A stretch of DNA of 60,292 bases, filler included, from Deltaproteobacteria bacterium (GTDB lineage: Bacteria; Myxococcota; JACRCW01): assembly GCA_016218805.1 (NCBI GenBank). It is 4 parts of 4 records of this genome, joined end to end, with 100 filler letters (N's around TTAATTAATTAA, not from the genome) between each part and the next. Parts side by side here need not be neighbours in the genome. Positions count along the whole stretch, not along the records: positions 37,585 to 53,819 come from JACRCW010000034.1; 3 more parts are not named here. The stretch is one strand, 5' to 3'. Both the position numbers and the translations under genes were made by a program. Positions within the stretch are counted from its first letter, which is position 1. Each line of letters opens with the position of its first letter. This document shows positions 37,844 through 47,810 of this stretch, one piece after another. The notes under the pieces are model-generated. The model did not search any database. It saw only the letters and a program-made list of their open reading frames with translations, and had not been told where the DNA came from.

Positions 37844-39088
37844 GTGTTTGACAGCGACGCCCGCCGCGTGGTGCCAATCGGGATCGTGCGACACGGCCTT
37901 GCCGCAGGGATGCTCCTCGTCACGGGGTTGACCGCCGCCCCCGCGGTGCGGGCGGAGGGACGCGTGGTGTTTGTGCTGCCGTTTGTGGCGGAGAACACGG
38001 TGAAGGAGGAGATCCTGGGCGGGCTGCGCGCGCTGTGGATGGATGAGGGGCGCAAGATCCCCGGCGTGGAACTCCCGGAGTTGACCACGCGCGCGCTGGG
38101 CATAGTTGGCGAATGCCGCGGCGAGATGTCCTGCCTGGGGCGCGGCCTGACGCGGTTGGGGGCCAGCCAGTTTGTGTTCACCGTGGTGGAGCGCGGTGAC
38201 AAGGGCGGCTACCTGCTGAACCAGACGCTGCATGACGGGGCCGGCGGCGCACAGCAGGCTGAGGCGCGCACGCTGGTGAAGGGCAAGGGGCCCGCGCTGG
38301 AGAAAGCGGCGCGGCGCGCGGCGATGACGCTGCTGGCGCCGGAGCTGCTGACCGGGGCGGTGAGCGTGGAGGTGACGCTGCCAGGTGCGGAGGTTTCCGT
38401 CGACGGAACGCTGATTGGGAAGTCACCGTTGCGCGGTGCGTACGGCGGCCTGCGCGAGGGGCCCCACAAGGTGCGCGTGACCAAGGACGGCTACGAGCCC
38501 TTTGATGCGGAGGTGGACGTTGCGTTTGATGAGACGGCGGGCCTGGACGTGCGCCTGGTGCGGTCCGCGCGGACGGAGTTCAAGCCCTCCGGCGCAGCGG
38601 AGGCGGAAGGGCGCGGGTTCCCAACGGGCGCGGTGGTCATGCCGGTGGCGGGTCTCATTGTTTCGGCGGTGCTGACGTCGCTGGCGGCGGCGGTGGCGGG
38701 CGGCTTGGCGGGCGGCACCTTCTACCAGGCCCGCGCGCTGGAGGAGCGGGCCAACCGCGGTCAGCTTATCTTCCCGGACGACGCGTGGATGCTGTGGATT
38801 TGGCGGGTGTTGGCCGTTGCCACGGTGGTGGCGCTGGGCGTGATGGGGGTGGTGGCCGTGGTCAGTGCGGGCGCCACCGCGGCGGGAACCGGCGTGATGC
38901 TGGCGCTGCACTTCCTCAAGCCCGCCCCGGTGCCGGTGCGCGCCAAGGAGTACGTGCCGGTCAAGCCGCCGCGGGAGCCCTCCGCCGCGCCGCCGGCGCA
39001 GGAGCCGCCCCCGGCGCCGCCGCCACCCACCCGCAAGCAGAAGCGCCCCGTTGAGCAGACGGAAGAGACGCTGCCGGAGGGCGAATGA
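37844..39088 (+). CDS. PEGA domain-containing membrane protein
   Basis: Signal-like segment, CxGExxC, PEGA (PGAEVSVDG..IGKSPL...GPHKVRVTKDGYEPF), C-terminal TMs and a Pro-rich tail; start uncertain. Confidence 0.85.
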   Translation: MFDSDARRVVPIGIVRHGLAAGMLLVTGLTAAPAVRAEGRVVFVLPFVAENTVKEEILGGLRALWMDEGRKIPGVELPELTTRALGIVGECRGEMSCLGRGLTRLGASQFVFTVVERGDKGGYLLNQTLHDGAGGAQQAEARTLVKGKGPALEKAARRAAMTLLAPELLTGAVSVEVTLPGAEVSVDGTLIGKSPLRGAYGGLREGPHKVRVTKDGYEPFDAEVDVAFDETAGLDVRLVRSARTEFKPSGAAEAEGRGFPTGAVVMPVAGLIVSAVLTSLAAAVAGGLAGGTFYQARALEERANRGQLIFPDDAWMLWIWRVLAVATVVALGVMGVVAVVSAGATAAGTGVMLALHFLKPAPVPVRAKEYVPVKPPREPSAAPPAQEPPPAPPPPTRKQKRPVEQTEETLPEGE

Positions 39089-40161
39089 GACGGCTCGCTG
39101 TTGCCGCGCTGCTTTCCGCCGTGACGGCGTGCCTGTTTGCGCCGCGCCTGGAGGAGCGGGGCTACAAGACCTGCACGTCAGACGCGGAATGTGCCGAGGC
39201 GGGGCGCCTGTGCCGCACCGGCTACTGCAGCCCGCCCACGTGGTGGAACGAATCCTGGGGCGAGCGCCGGCAGGTGGTGCTGCACAACGTGTCCGGCGCG
39301 GTGGTGCCCAAGGGTTTCCCCGCGCGCCTGGGCGTGGGTCCTGACCCGCGTCCGTTCAAGCGGGACGAGTTCAATCCCTCCGCGCGGCTGGTGGCCATTG
39401 ATCGCACGGCAGGCGGTGCGCAGGTGGAAGTGCCGGTGACGGTGGACGTGCTGTCCAGCCAGGCGTTTGACGTCATCTTCCGGCTGCCCGCGGAGATTCC
39501 CGTGGACGGGGTCTACGCGGACCTGTTTGTGTATTCGGCCGCCGGCGGGGCGGCAACGCGCACCGACGCGCGCAAGGACGTGTACGACCTGGACGACGAC
39601 TTTGAGGCGCTGACGCTGGACGCGGCGCTGTGGCGCAGTCAGGGCCCCGCGGTGGTGCAGGACGGGGACGCCGTGGTGCAACGGGATGGTTACCTGTGGA
39701 GCAACGGCGCACTCCCCGCCACGCCGGGCGCGCTGTTGACCGTGGAGTTCCAGGTGGATTCCAACTGTGATGGCCTGGCCATGGGGCTGATCTCCAACAG
39801 CCAGCGCGGGTTCAAGACGCCCTACGTCGTCGTCAGTTCCACGGGGCCCGGGCAGGCGTCCGTGCAGGCGCTGCGTGGAGATGCGCTGCCGTTTGAGCCG
39901 GATGCGCCGGCCATCATGGACTTCACGGGTTCCACCCAGCGGTTGGACCTGCTGCTCAGCGGGGCGGCGGTGCGCGTGATTCTGGATGGGAACGTGGTGG
40001 ACTCGTTTGAGATGCGGGAGGCGGTCACCGCGGAGATGCGCGCGCATTTCTTTGTGGAAGGCGGCAACTGCACGCTGTCCATCCACAAGACGCGCATGCG
40101 CGCCGCCCTGGCGGATGAGCCCGAACTGACGACGGAGCGGCGCGTGGCCAGGCCGGATTGA
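39085..40161 (+). CDS. Lipoprotein with Cys-rich motif, DUF2341-like region and beta-sandwich
   Basis: Lipobox VTAC; CTSDAEC...C..GYC; WWNESWGERRQV and DDDFE motifs flanking a DUF2341-like region. Confidence 0.6.
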   Translation: MRRLAVAALLSAVTACLFAPRLEERGYKTCTSDAECAEAGRLCRTGYCSPPTWWNESWGERRQVVLHNVSGAVVPKGFPARLGVGPDPRPFKRDEFNPSARLVAIDRTAGGAQVEVPVTVDVLSSQAFDVIFRLPAEIPVDGVYADLFVYSAAGGAATRTDARKDVYDLDDDFEALTLDAALWRSQGPAVVQDGDAVVQRDGYLWSNGALPATPGALLTVEFQVDSNCDGLAMGLISNSQRGFKTPYVVVSSTGPGQASVQALRGDALPFEPDAPAIMDFTGSTQRLDLLLSGAAVRVILDGNVVDSFEMREAVTAEMRAHFFVEGGNCTLSIHKTRMRAALADEPELTTERRVARPD

Positions 40162-40171
40162 GGAGGTTCCC

Positions 40172-40828
40172 GTGGCGGGACGCAGGGCGCTGGTGGCGGG
40201 TGGCACAGGGTTGGTGGGCGGGTTGCTGGTGCAGCGCCTGCTGGAGGATGCGCGCTATGAGCAGGTGCACGCGGTGGGGCGCCGCCCGCTGGGGCTGACG
40301 CACCCGCGCCTGCACGAGCACATGGTGGTGCTGGACGCGCTGGCCGCGTGGAAGGACTGCCCCGCCGTGGATGACGCGTACTGCGCGCTGGGGACCACGC
40401 TGGGGAAGGCGGGCAGCCGTGCGCTGTTCCGGGCGGTGGACCTGGACGCGGTGGTGGCGTTTGCCCGCGTGGCGCGTGCGGCGGGCGCGCAACGCTTCCT
40501 GCTGGTGAGCGCGCTGGGCGCGGATGCGCGCTCCAAGATGTTCTACAACCGCACCAAGGGTGAGGCGGAGGAGGCTGTGGCCGCGCTGGGCTTCCCCGAG
40601 GTGCACGTGGTGCGTCCCTCCCTGCTGGACGGCCCGCGCCGCGAGTCCCGGCCGCTGGAGCAGCTGAGCCTGGTGGTGGCGCGCGCCGCCGCGCCGCTGC
40701 TGGGTCACTACCGGCCCATCCACGCGGATGACGTGGCGCGCGCCATGGTGGGCTACGCGTTTGACGGCATCCCCGGTGTCTCGGTCCACGAATCGGACCA
40801 TGCCTGGGAGCGGGCGCACCGCGCCTGA
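40172..40828 (+). CDS. Atypical SDR / NAD(P)-binding oxidoreductase (TIP30/YraR-like)
   Basis: GGTGLVG, CALGTT, VSALGAD, FYNRTKGEAE, RPSLLDG. Confidence 0.9.
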   Translation: MAGRRALVAGGTGLVGGLLVQRLLEDARYEQVHAVGRRPLGLTHPRLHEHMVVLDALAAWKDCPAVDDAYCALGTTLGKAGSRALFRAVDLDAVVAFARVARAAGAQRFLLVSALGADARSKMFYNRTKGEAEEAVAALGFPEVHVVRPSLLDGPRRESRPLEQLSLVVARAAAPLLGHYRPIHADDVARAMVGYAFDGIPGVSVHESDHAWERAHRA

Positions 40829-40913
40829 GGCCGCGGCACGGTCCCGGCAGAGGACACGGTCCACCGCCGGTTGAGGTGCCCCCCCGGTGTCCGGTACGTA
40901 CCGCGCTTCCCGC

Positions 40914-43793
40914 ATGGACCCGACGATCCGACAGCTTGCGAAGTGGGGGTGCCTGGCGGCCGTCCTGGTGGCGGCGCCGGCGGTGCGCGCGGACCTGGAA
41001 CAGCAGCCCGCGCAACGTGAGATGGAGGAGCGGGAGCGCGAACTGCAGAAGCAGGCGCGCCAGCCGCGTCTCACCAAGCCCCCCAAGCTCATCCACGAAG
41101 TGCAGCCGGTGTACCCGGAGACCGCCAAGGCGGAGAAGCGCCAGGGCGTGGTCATCATCCGCATCACCATTGACGACGAGGGCTACGTCCAGCGCATGGA
41201 CGTGATCCAGTCCGCCGGCGCGGACCTGGACTGGGCGGCCATGGGCGCCATTGGCCAGTACGTGTTTGAGCCCGCCGAGGTGGACGACGTCCCCGCGCCC
41301 ATCCAGATCGACTACCGGCAGAACTTTGTGTTGCAGGAGGAGGTCAAGGAAGTGGCGGTGGCGCCGCCCATTGAGGAGGGCGAGGACGCCATTCCACCGC
41401 CGGAGCAGCCGCCGCCTGTGGCGGAGGAGGGCGCGGAACCGCTCAAGCCGGTCAACTTCTACGGGCGCGTGCGCGAGAGCGGCACCAAGGCACCGCTGAT
41501 GGACATTGAGGTGGCCGTGGTGGTGGACCCGGACGAGGAGCCCCTGTCCGCCGTGACCGACCGTGACGGGCGGTTTGAGATCCGCGGCGTGCCGGCGGGC
41601 GAGCACCTGGTCCGCATCTCCGGCACCGGGTACGAGCAGTCCACGTCCATTGAGGCGTTCTCCGAGAAGGAGGCGGTGCGCGCCATCTACTACCTGCCGC
41701 GTAAGAGCTACAACAAGTTTGAGACGGTGGTGACGGCCCGCCGCGCGCAGAAGGAAGTCAGCCGCATTGCGCTGAGCCGCGCGGAGGTGAGTTCGGTCCC
41801 CGGCACTTTTGGTGACCCCATCCGCGTCATTGAGAACCTGCCGGGTATGGCGCGCGCCCCGCTGCTGGGCGGTGCGCTCATTGTGCGCGGGGCCAATCCG
41901 CAGGACACCGGCGTCTACATTGACGGCGTTCCCATCCCGCTGCTGTACCACTTCCTGGCGTTGACCAGCGTGGTGAACTCAGAGTTCCTGGAAAGCATTG
42001 ATTTCTATCCGGGCGGATTTGGCGCGCGGTACGGCCGGGCCACCGCGGGCATTGTGGACGTGAAAACGCGTGACCTGAAGCTGCGCAGCTGCCGTGGCTC
42101 CGCCAAGGTGGACATCATTGACAGCGCGTTCTTCTTTGGCTGCCCGGTCACGCTGTGGGGCCCTGAGGTGGACAGCGACGCGCCCAGCCTGCGGCGCATC
42201 ACGTTTGCCGGCGCCGGACGCCGCAGCTACCTGGACGCGGTCCTGCCGCTGGCGTTGGAACTGCTGCTGCCGGCGGGCTCCAGCGCGCTGACCGCGGCGC
42301 CCGTGTACTGGGACTTCCAGGCCAAAGCGGAATACCGGCCTTTTGCTGCCCACACCTTCAGCCTGTTCACCTTTGGGTCCGATGACAAGCTCAAGGTCAT
42401 TGCCGGCGGGACCGCGGACACGCTGGGCGCGCAGATCAACACGCACCAGGGCTTCACCCGCATGGTGGCCGCGTGGGAGTGGCGTCCCACGCCGCGGGTC
42501 ACCAACCGGCTGTCACCGTGGTTGGGCGTGGAAAACAACTCATTCAACGGCAGCAGCGGGGCCATTGCGCTGGATTTCACCATTGACATCCGCAGCTGGG
42601 GCATCCGGGATGATTTCACGTACACGCTGATGGACGGCCTCAACCTCAATGCCGGCGTGGACGTGGTGGGCGGCCTGTATGACCTGGCCGGCGAATTCCC
42701 GCTGTCCACGGAAATTGGCGCGTTCCCGCGCATCATCCCGCGGCTCACCGGCCCGCCCATCATCTTCAAGGAAGGCGGCAACGCGCAGCTGTGGGGTGGC
42801 TACGTGGAGGCGGAAATGGGCCCGTGGCGCGGGCTCAAGATCGTCAGCGGTTTCCGCTTTGACCTGTTTGACTTTGAGAAGGCGTACAAGTTTGCGGCGT
42901 CCCCGCGCCTGGCCGTCCGGTATGAAGTGTTCCCGGGCACCACGCTCAAGGGCGCGTACGGCGTGTACGAGAAGCTGCCGGACTACCAGACGCTGTCCAG
43001 CGAGCTGGGCAACCGCGAGCTGGGCAACGAGCGGTCACGGCACCACGTGGTGGGCGTGGAACACAAGCTCACGCCGTTCCTCAACGTGGAACTGCAGCTG
43101 TTCTACAACCGCAAGAGCGAGCTGGCGGTCCTCTCCGACCGCATCCTGGACATTGACCAGGGCCGCGTGGTTCTGGAGAACTATTCCAATGACGGGCGCG
43201 GGTCCGCGTACGGCGCGGAACTCATGCTCCGCCACGAACTGACCAAGAACTTCTACGGCTGGATTGCGTACACGCTGATGCGCTCTGACGTGCAGCTCAA
43301 GTACGACCTGCCGTTGCGGGTCTACGAGTTCGACCAGACGCATATCCTCACGCTCGTGGGCCAGTACAAGCTGCCCTGGCATCTCCCGTTCCGCGAATGG
43401 TCACGCCTGGGACGCCTGCCGCGCGGCGTGTTCTGGAACACCGGCTGGGCCATCCTTTCCGGTGACTGGTCCGTGGGCGGGCGCTTCCGCCTGGTCACCG
43501 GCAACCCGACGACACCCTACGCTTCGGCGGCGCACGACCTGGACACCAACCAGTTCATTCCCAAGAGCGGCGCGCTGTATTCCGCGCGCATTCCGGCGTT
43601 CCACCAGCTGGACGTACGCGTGGATTACAAGATGGCGTTCGACAGCTTCCTGGTGAACCTCTACGTGGACCTCATCAACTTCTACAACCGCAAGAACCCG
43701 GAGACGCTGGTCTGGGACTTCCGCTACCGGGAGAGCGCGCCGCTGGCGTTGCTGCCGTTCCTGCCGGTGCTGGGCCTGAGCGCCGAGTTCTGA
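40914..43793 (+). CDS. TonB-dependent receptor with N-terminal TonB C-terminal domain and carboxypeptidase-regulatory-like domain
   Basis: PVYPETAK...ITIDDEG...FEPA (TonB_C), TDRDGRFEIRGVPAG, plug VPGTFGDPIRVIENLPG...YPGGFGARYGRATAG, barrel, and C-terminal Phe. Confidence 0.92.
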   Translation: MDPTIRQLAKWGCLAAVLVAAPAVRADLEQQPAQREMEERERELQKQARQPRLTKPPKLIHEVQPVYPETAKAEKRQGVVIIRITIDDEGYVQRMDVIQSAGADLDWAAMGAIGQYVFEPAEVDDVPAPIQIDYRQNFVLQEEVKEVAVAPPIEEGEDAIPPPEQPPPVAEEGAEPLKPVNFYGRVRESGTKAPLMDIEVAVVVDPDEEPLSAVTDRDGRFEIRGVPAGEHLVRISGTGYEQSTSIEAFSEKEAVRAIYYLPRKSYNKFETVVTARRAQKEVSRIALSRAEVSSVPGTFGDPIRVIENLPGMARAPLLGGALIVRGANPQDTGVYIDGVPIPLLYHFLALTSVVNSEFLESIDFYPGGFGARYGRATAGIVDVKTRDLKLRSCRGSAKVDIIDSAFFFGCPVTLWGPEVDSDAPSLRRITFAGAGRRSYLDAVLPLALELLLPAGSSALTAAPVYWDFQAKAEYRPFAAHTFSLFTFGSDDKLKVIAGGTADTLGAQINTHQGFTRMVAAWEWRPTPRVTNRLSPWLGVENNSFNGSSGAIALDFTIDIRSWGIRDDFTYTLMDGLNLNAGVDVVGGLYDLAGEFPLSTEIGAFPRIIPRLTGPPIIFKEGGNAQLWGGYVEAEMGPWRGLKIVSGFRFDLFDFEKAYKFAASPRLAVRYEVFPGTTLKGAYGVYEKLPDYQTLSSELGNRELGNERSRHHVVGVEHKLTPFLNVELQLFYNRKSELAVLSDRILDIDQGRVVLENYSNDGRGSAYGAELMLRHELTKNFYGWIAYTLMRSDVQLKYDLPLRVYEFDQTHILTLVGQYKLPWHLPFREWSRLGRLPRGVFWNTGWAILSGDWSVGGRFRLVTGNPTTPYASAAHDLDTNQFIPKSGALYSARIPAFHQLDVRVDYKMAFDSFLVNLYVDLINFYNRKNPETLVWDFRYRESAPLALLPFLPVLGLSAEF

Positions 43794-43807
43794 CGACGGG
43801 GTGCACC

Positions 43808-44248
43808 GTGTCCTTGCTTCTTTGCTCCCTGCTGCTGGCCCAGGCTCCCACGCCGGATGCCGCCGCGCCCGCGCCCGCGCCTGCACCGCCGGCCCCCGCC
43901 GCTGCGCCCGCCACGGAGCCCGCGCCCGTGGACGACGAGAACGCCGTGGAGCGCGCGTTGGGGCGCCTGCCGCCGCTGCTGTGGGACAAGAGCCAGTCCC
44001 TGGACGCGCGCGTGGGGAAGGTCACCAGCGCCGCCCTGGTAGTGCTGGGTCTGGTGAGCCTGTCCGCTGCGCTGGCGGGGGTGGGCCTGACCGCTGTGCT
44101 TCAGCTCTCCCCGTGGCCGGAGACACCGGACGCGCGCACGCGCCCGCGTTCCACGTACATCCAGGCCGCGGTGGCGACGACGGCGTTTGCCACGGTGCTG
44201 GGCGTGGTGGGCGTACTGGGCGGGCTGTTTGCGCTGTTTGTGGCCTGA
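43808..44248 (+). CDS. Small exported/membrane protein with Pro-Ala linker and 2 TMs
   Basis: Signal-like N-terminus, APAP linker and hydrophobic helices. Confidence 0.6.
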   Translation: MSLLLCSLLLAQAPTPDAAAPAPAPAPPAPAAAPATEPAPVDDENAVERALGRLPPLLWDKSQSLDARVGKVTSAALVVLGLVSLSAALAGVGLTAVLQLSPWPETPDARTRPRSTYIQAAVATTAFATVLGVVGVLGGLFALFVA

Positions 44249-44359
44249 GGGCGGCGCGGCACGTCGGTGGACGGACCCGCGGTGTTGCTGCATCATGGCG
44301 CGCATGACTCCATGCAAGGTGGGTGCGGTGCCCGGCCGCCCGCGGGAGGGTAGCCGGCC

Positions 44360-45127
44360 ATGACGGGGCAGGGTGAGCCCCACGTTGGCGCCATCTTCAT
44401 TGCCTACAATGCAGCCACCACGCTGGAGCAGTTCTGGAAGGACTTCCCGCGGGACCGCGTGCGCACTGCCATCCTGGTGGATGACGCGTCCCGGGATGGG
44501 ACCTTTGAGCTGGCGCAGCGGCTGGGCATCCAGTCCTACCGCAACGCGGTGAACCTGGGTTACGGCGGCAACATGAAGCGGGCGCTCTCCATCGCGCGCG
44601 AACTGGGCATGGACATCATCATCGACCTGCATCCTGACGGGGAATACGACCCGGCCGCCGTGCCGCTGGCGCTGGAGCGGATGAAGGCGGGCGCGGACTT
44701 TGTGCTGGGCAACCGCTTCCGCACCACCACGGCGCCGCTGCAGAGCGGGATGTACGTGTGGAAGCTGTTGCCCATTGTGGTGCTCAACGCCGTGGCGCGG
44801 TTTGTCCTGGCGGTGCCGCTGCAGGACCTGCACCAGGGGTTCCGCGTGTACAGCCGCCGCCTGGTGACGGAGCTGGACTATGAGCAGTGCTCCAACGGCT
44901 ACCTGTTCAGCTTTGAACTGATTGCGCAGGCGGTGCTGGCAGGCAAGCGCATTGACCAGGTCCCCGTGCAGACGCGCTACACGGGGAAGAAGCGGGGGGC
45001 CAGCCTGAAGGACAGCATGGTGTATTCGCTGGGCGTGTTCCGCGTGCTGGCGCTGTTCCTGCTGGCGCGCGCGGGGCTGCGCACGCGGCTGTTCCGCGGC
45101 CTCCGGGCGCCCAAGGCGGACGCATGA
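44360..45127 (+). CDS. GT2 glycosyltransferase, DPM1-like (polyprenyl-phosphate sugar synthase type)
   Basis: IAYNAA.TL, VDDASRDGT, NLGYGG, HPDGEYDP, VLGNRF, DLHQGFRVYS. Confidence 0.9.
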   Translation: MTGQGEPHVGAIFIAYNAATTLEQFWKDFPRDRVRTAILVDDASRDGTFELAQRLGIQSYRNAVNLGYGGNMKRALSIARELGMDIIIDLHPDGEYDPAAVPLALERMKAGADFVLGNRFRTTTAPLQSGMYVWKLLPIVVLNAVARFVLAVPLQDLHQGFRVYSRRLVTELDYEQCSNGYLFSFELIAQAVLAGKRIDQVPVQTRYTGKKRGASLKDSMVYSLGVFRVLALFLLARAGLRTRLFRGLRAPKADA

Positions 45128-46371
45128 CCGCGGACCGCGCGGTGCAGCGCGTGACGCGGTGCCGCCTGTGCGGCGGCGCGGACCTGCACCCGTTCCTGGA
45201 CCTGGGCGCCATGCCCATTCCCAACGGGTTTCTGGAGAAGAAGGACCTGGGTGCGCCGGAGCCGCGCTACCCGCTGGGCGTGGCGGTGTGTGAAACCTGC
45301 TGGCTGGCCCAGCTCACGCACGTGGTCCCCGCTGAGCTGATGTTCTCCAACTACCTGTACGTTCCCTCCACCTCCACGACGATGCTGGACCACTTTGGGC
45401 GCCTGGCGCGCGATCTCATCACGCGCTACCGGCTGGGCAGCGACGACCTGGTGCTGGACATTGGGAGCAATGACGGGACGCTGCTGACCTTCTTCCGGAG
45501 GCAGGGCCTGCAGGTGCTGGGCGTGGACCCCGCGTCCAACCTGGCGCGGCTGGCGCGCATGCAGGGCGTCAACACGCTGGACGTGTTGTTCTCCTCCGCG
45601 CTGGCCGCCGAAATCGCGCGGAACGCCCGTCCACGCCTGGTGGTGGCCACCAACGTGATGGCGCACGTCAGCGACCTGCACGACCTGTGCGAAGGCGTCC
45701 GGACGCTGCTGGCGGACGACGGCGTGTTGGTGGTGGAGTTCCCGTACCTGGCGGACCTGCTGCGCAGAAACGAATTCGACACGATTTACCACGAGCACCT
45801 GTCGTACTTTTCGCTTCAGCCGCTGGTGCGGCTGTTCAGCCAGCACGGGATGGTGGTGTTTGACGTGGAGGATCTGCCGGTCCACGGCGGATCCCTGCGC
45901 ATCCATGCGGGACGCGCGGGCCGCGGCCGCACTGCTTCCGCGCGCGTGGCGGCGCTGCTGGAGGAGGAGGCGCGCACGCTGCAGGGGCGTGCCGCGTACG
46001 ACGAATTCGCCGGACGGGTGCACACCAACATGGCGCGCCTGGTGGAGCTGCTGGAGTCCCTGAAGGCGGACGGGCGGCGCGTGGTGGGCTACGGCGCATC
46101 CGCCAAGGGCAACGTGCTGCTCAACAGCTGCCGCGTGGACACGCGCCTGGTGGAGTACGTGGTGGACTCCATCCCCTACAAACAGTGGCGGTTCACGCCG
46201 GGAATGCACCTGCCCGTCTACCCGGAGCAGAAGCTGGACGAAGACCGGCCGGACTACGTCCTGTTGTTCGCGTGGAACTTCCTGGAGGAGATCATGGCCA
46301 AGCAGGCCGCGTTCCGGGCGCGCGGCGGCCGGTTCATCCTGGCGGTTCCCGACGTGCGCGTGGTCCCGTAG
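45124..46371 (+). CDS. NDP-hexose C-methyltransferase (Zn-binding SAM-dependent, TylC3/EryBIII-like)
   Basis: CRLCG...CETC Zn site, DIGSNDG, FDTIYHEHLSYF, HGGSLR, YGASAKG, FAWNF. Confidence 0.92.
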   Translation: MTADRAVQRVTRCRLCGGADLHPFLDLGAMPIPNGFLEKKDLGAPEPRYPLGVAVCETCWLAQLTHVVPAELMFSNYLYVPSTSTTMLDHFGRLARDLITRYRLGSDDLVLDIGSNDGTLLTFFRRQGLQVLGVDPASNLARLARMQGVNTLDVLFSSALAAEIARNARPRLVVATNVMAHVSDLHDLCEGVRTLLADDGVLVVEFPYLADLLRRNEFDTIYHEHLSYFSLQPLVRLFSQHGMVVFDVEDLPVHGGSLRIHAGRAGRGRTASARVAALLEEEARTLQGRAAYDEFAGRVHTNMARLVELLESLKADGRRVVGYGASAKGNVLLNSCRVDTRLVEYVVDSIPYKQWRFTPGMHLPVYPEQKLDEDRPDYVLLFAWNFLEEIMAKQAAFRARGGRFILAVPDVRVVP

Positions 46372-46420
46372 CGCGGTCGCGCCGTTGTGCGTTGTCCCGT
46401 TTGCGCGCTATTCGCGCGCC

Positions 46421-47788
46421 GTGGTGACCGCCGCAACGCCGGGCAGGACCTCCCCGGTGGCGCCGCTGGTTGCGGGGGCCGCCGTCGCGCTCGGGCTCGC
46501 CCTCCAGGTCTCCTACGGGACCCAGGATCCGCTCGCGCTGGGGATTGTCGTGGTGGGGGTGGTGGCCGCGCTGGCCGCGGCCTGGGTGGGGCGGCGCGAG
46601 GAGCCGGCGCCGCTGGGGTGGTCCGTGCGCGCGGTGCTGGGGCTTGGCCTGGGCGCCAGCATCCTGCGCGGCTTCCTGTTCCTGCCGGGTGTCCTGATTG
46701 ATCCGGCGCGCATGGGGCCGTTCCGCCCGGAGTCTGCGCTCATGGCGGTGCTGCTGGCCAGCTGGGCGTGGCGGGGCGCGCCAGCGTGGCTGGTGCGCGC
46801 GCGTTTCCCGGCCATTGTGGTGCTGTTCTCCGTCGTGGCCGTGTTGGTCATCCGCGCCACGCCCGCACCGGGCATTGACGTGTGGCACTACCAACAGGTG
46901 GGCGCTGCGGCGCTGGCTGACGGCCGCAACCCCTACCAGCAGCGCTATCCCAACCGTTACGGGCCGGGGACGCCGTTCATCCACCCGTCGCTGCTGACCC
47001 CGGATGGTGAGCAGGTCCTCACCAACCCCTACCCGCCGCTGGTGTTGCTGGCGGACCTGCCGGGCGCGCTGTTGGGTGACGTCCGCTGGTCGCTGCTGGC
47101 GCTCATGCTGCTGGCGGCGTTCCTGGTGCGGGCGCTGGGCCGCGGCAGCGCAGATGCCGAACTGGCCGCGCTGTTCCTCCTCCTCCAGCCCCAGGCGCTG
47201 CTCGTCGTGGAAGTCGCGTGGTCAGACCCGCTGTCCCTGGCGTGCCTGCTGCTGGTGCTGCTTGCCGTGCAACGCGCGCCTGGCACAACCGCCGCGGACC
47301 GTCTGGCCTGGCTGCTGCCGGGTTTGGCGGCAGGCGTGACGGTGGCCTCCAAGCAGTACACGCCCATCCTGCTGCTGCCCGTGCTGCTTGCCCTGGCACC
47401 CGCGCTGCGCGCGCGGGCCGTGCTGACCGCCGCCGGCGTGACCGCAGCGGTGATGCTGCCGTTCCTGGCGTGGGACCCGCCCGCGTTTGTCCTGGGCGTG
47501 ATCCAGTTCCAGTTGCGCCAGCCGTTCCGCCACGACGCGCTGTCCATTCCCGCGTTCATCACGTCCCTGGACGGGCCGGTGCTCCCGGCGTGGCCGGCGT
47601 TCCTGCTGTGCGCGGGCGTGCTGGTGATGACGCTGCGCCGCCGGGTCACGCTGCAGCAGGCGTTGCTGTCCGGTGCGGCCGCGTGGCTGGTGTTTGTGGT
47701 GTTCAACAAGCAGGCGTTCCTCAACTACTACTGGATGGCCGTGGGCGTGTTGTGCGCGGCGCTGGCGGTGCTGGCACGCCGCGCGTAA
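46421..47788 (+). CDS. GT-C-type polytopic glycosyltransferase (GT87-like)
   Basis: IDVWHYQ...GRNPY...YPPL, GDVRW, SKQY and FLNYYW motifs in a multi-TM protein. Confidence 0.7.
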   Translation: MVTAATPGRTSPVAPLVAGAAVALGLALQVSYGTQDPLALGIVVVGVVAALAAAWVGRREEPAPLGWSVRAVLGLGLGASILRGFLFLPGVLIDPARMGPFRPESALMAVLLASWAWRGAPAWLVRARFPAIVVLFSVVAVLVIRATPAPGIDVWHYQQVGAAALADGRNPYQQRYPNRYGPGTPFIHPSLLTPDGEQVLTNPYPPLVLLADLPGALLGDVRWSLLALMLLAAFLVRALGRGSADAELAALFLLLQPQALLVVEVAWSDPLSLACLLLVLLAVQRAPGTTAADRLAWLLPGLAAGVTVASKQYTPILLLPVLLALAPALRARAVLTAAGVTAAVMLPFLAWDPPAFVLGVIQFQLRQPFRHDALSIPAFITSLDGPVLPAWPAFLLCAGVLVMTLRRRVTLQQALLSGAAAWLVFVVFNKQAFLNYYWMAVGVLCAALAVLARRA

Positions 47789-47810
47789 GTGATACAAATC
47801 AGGCAGCGCG

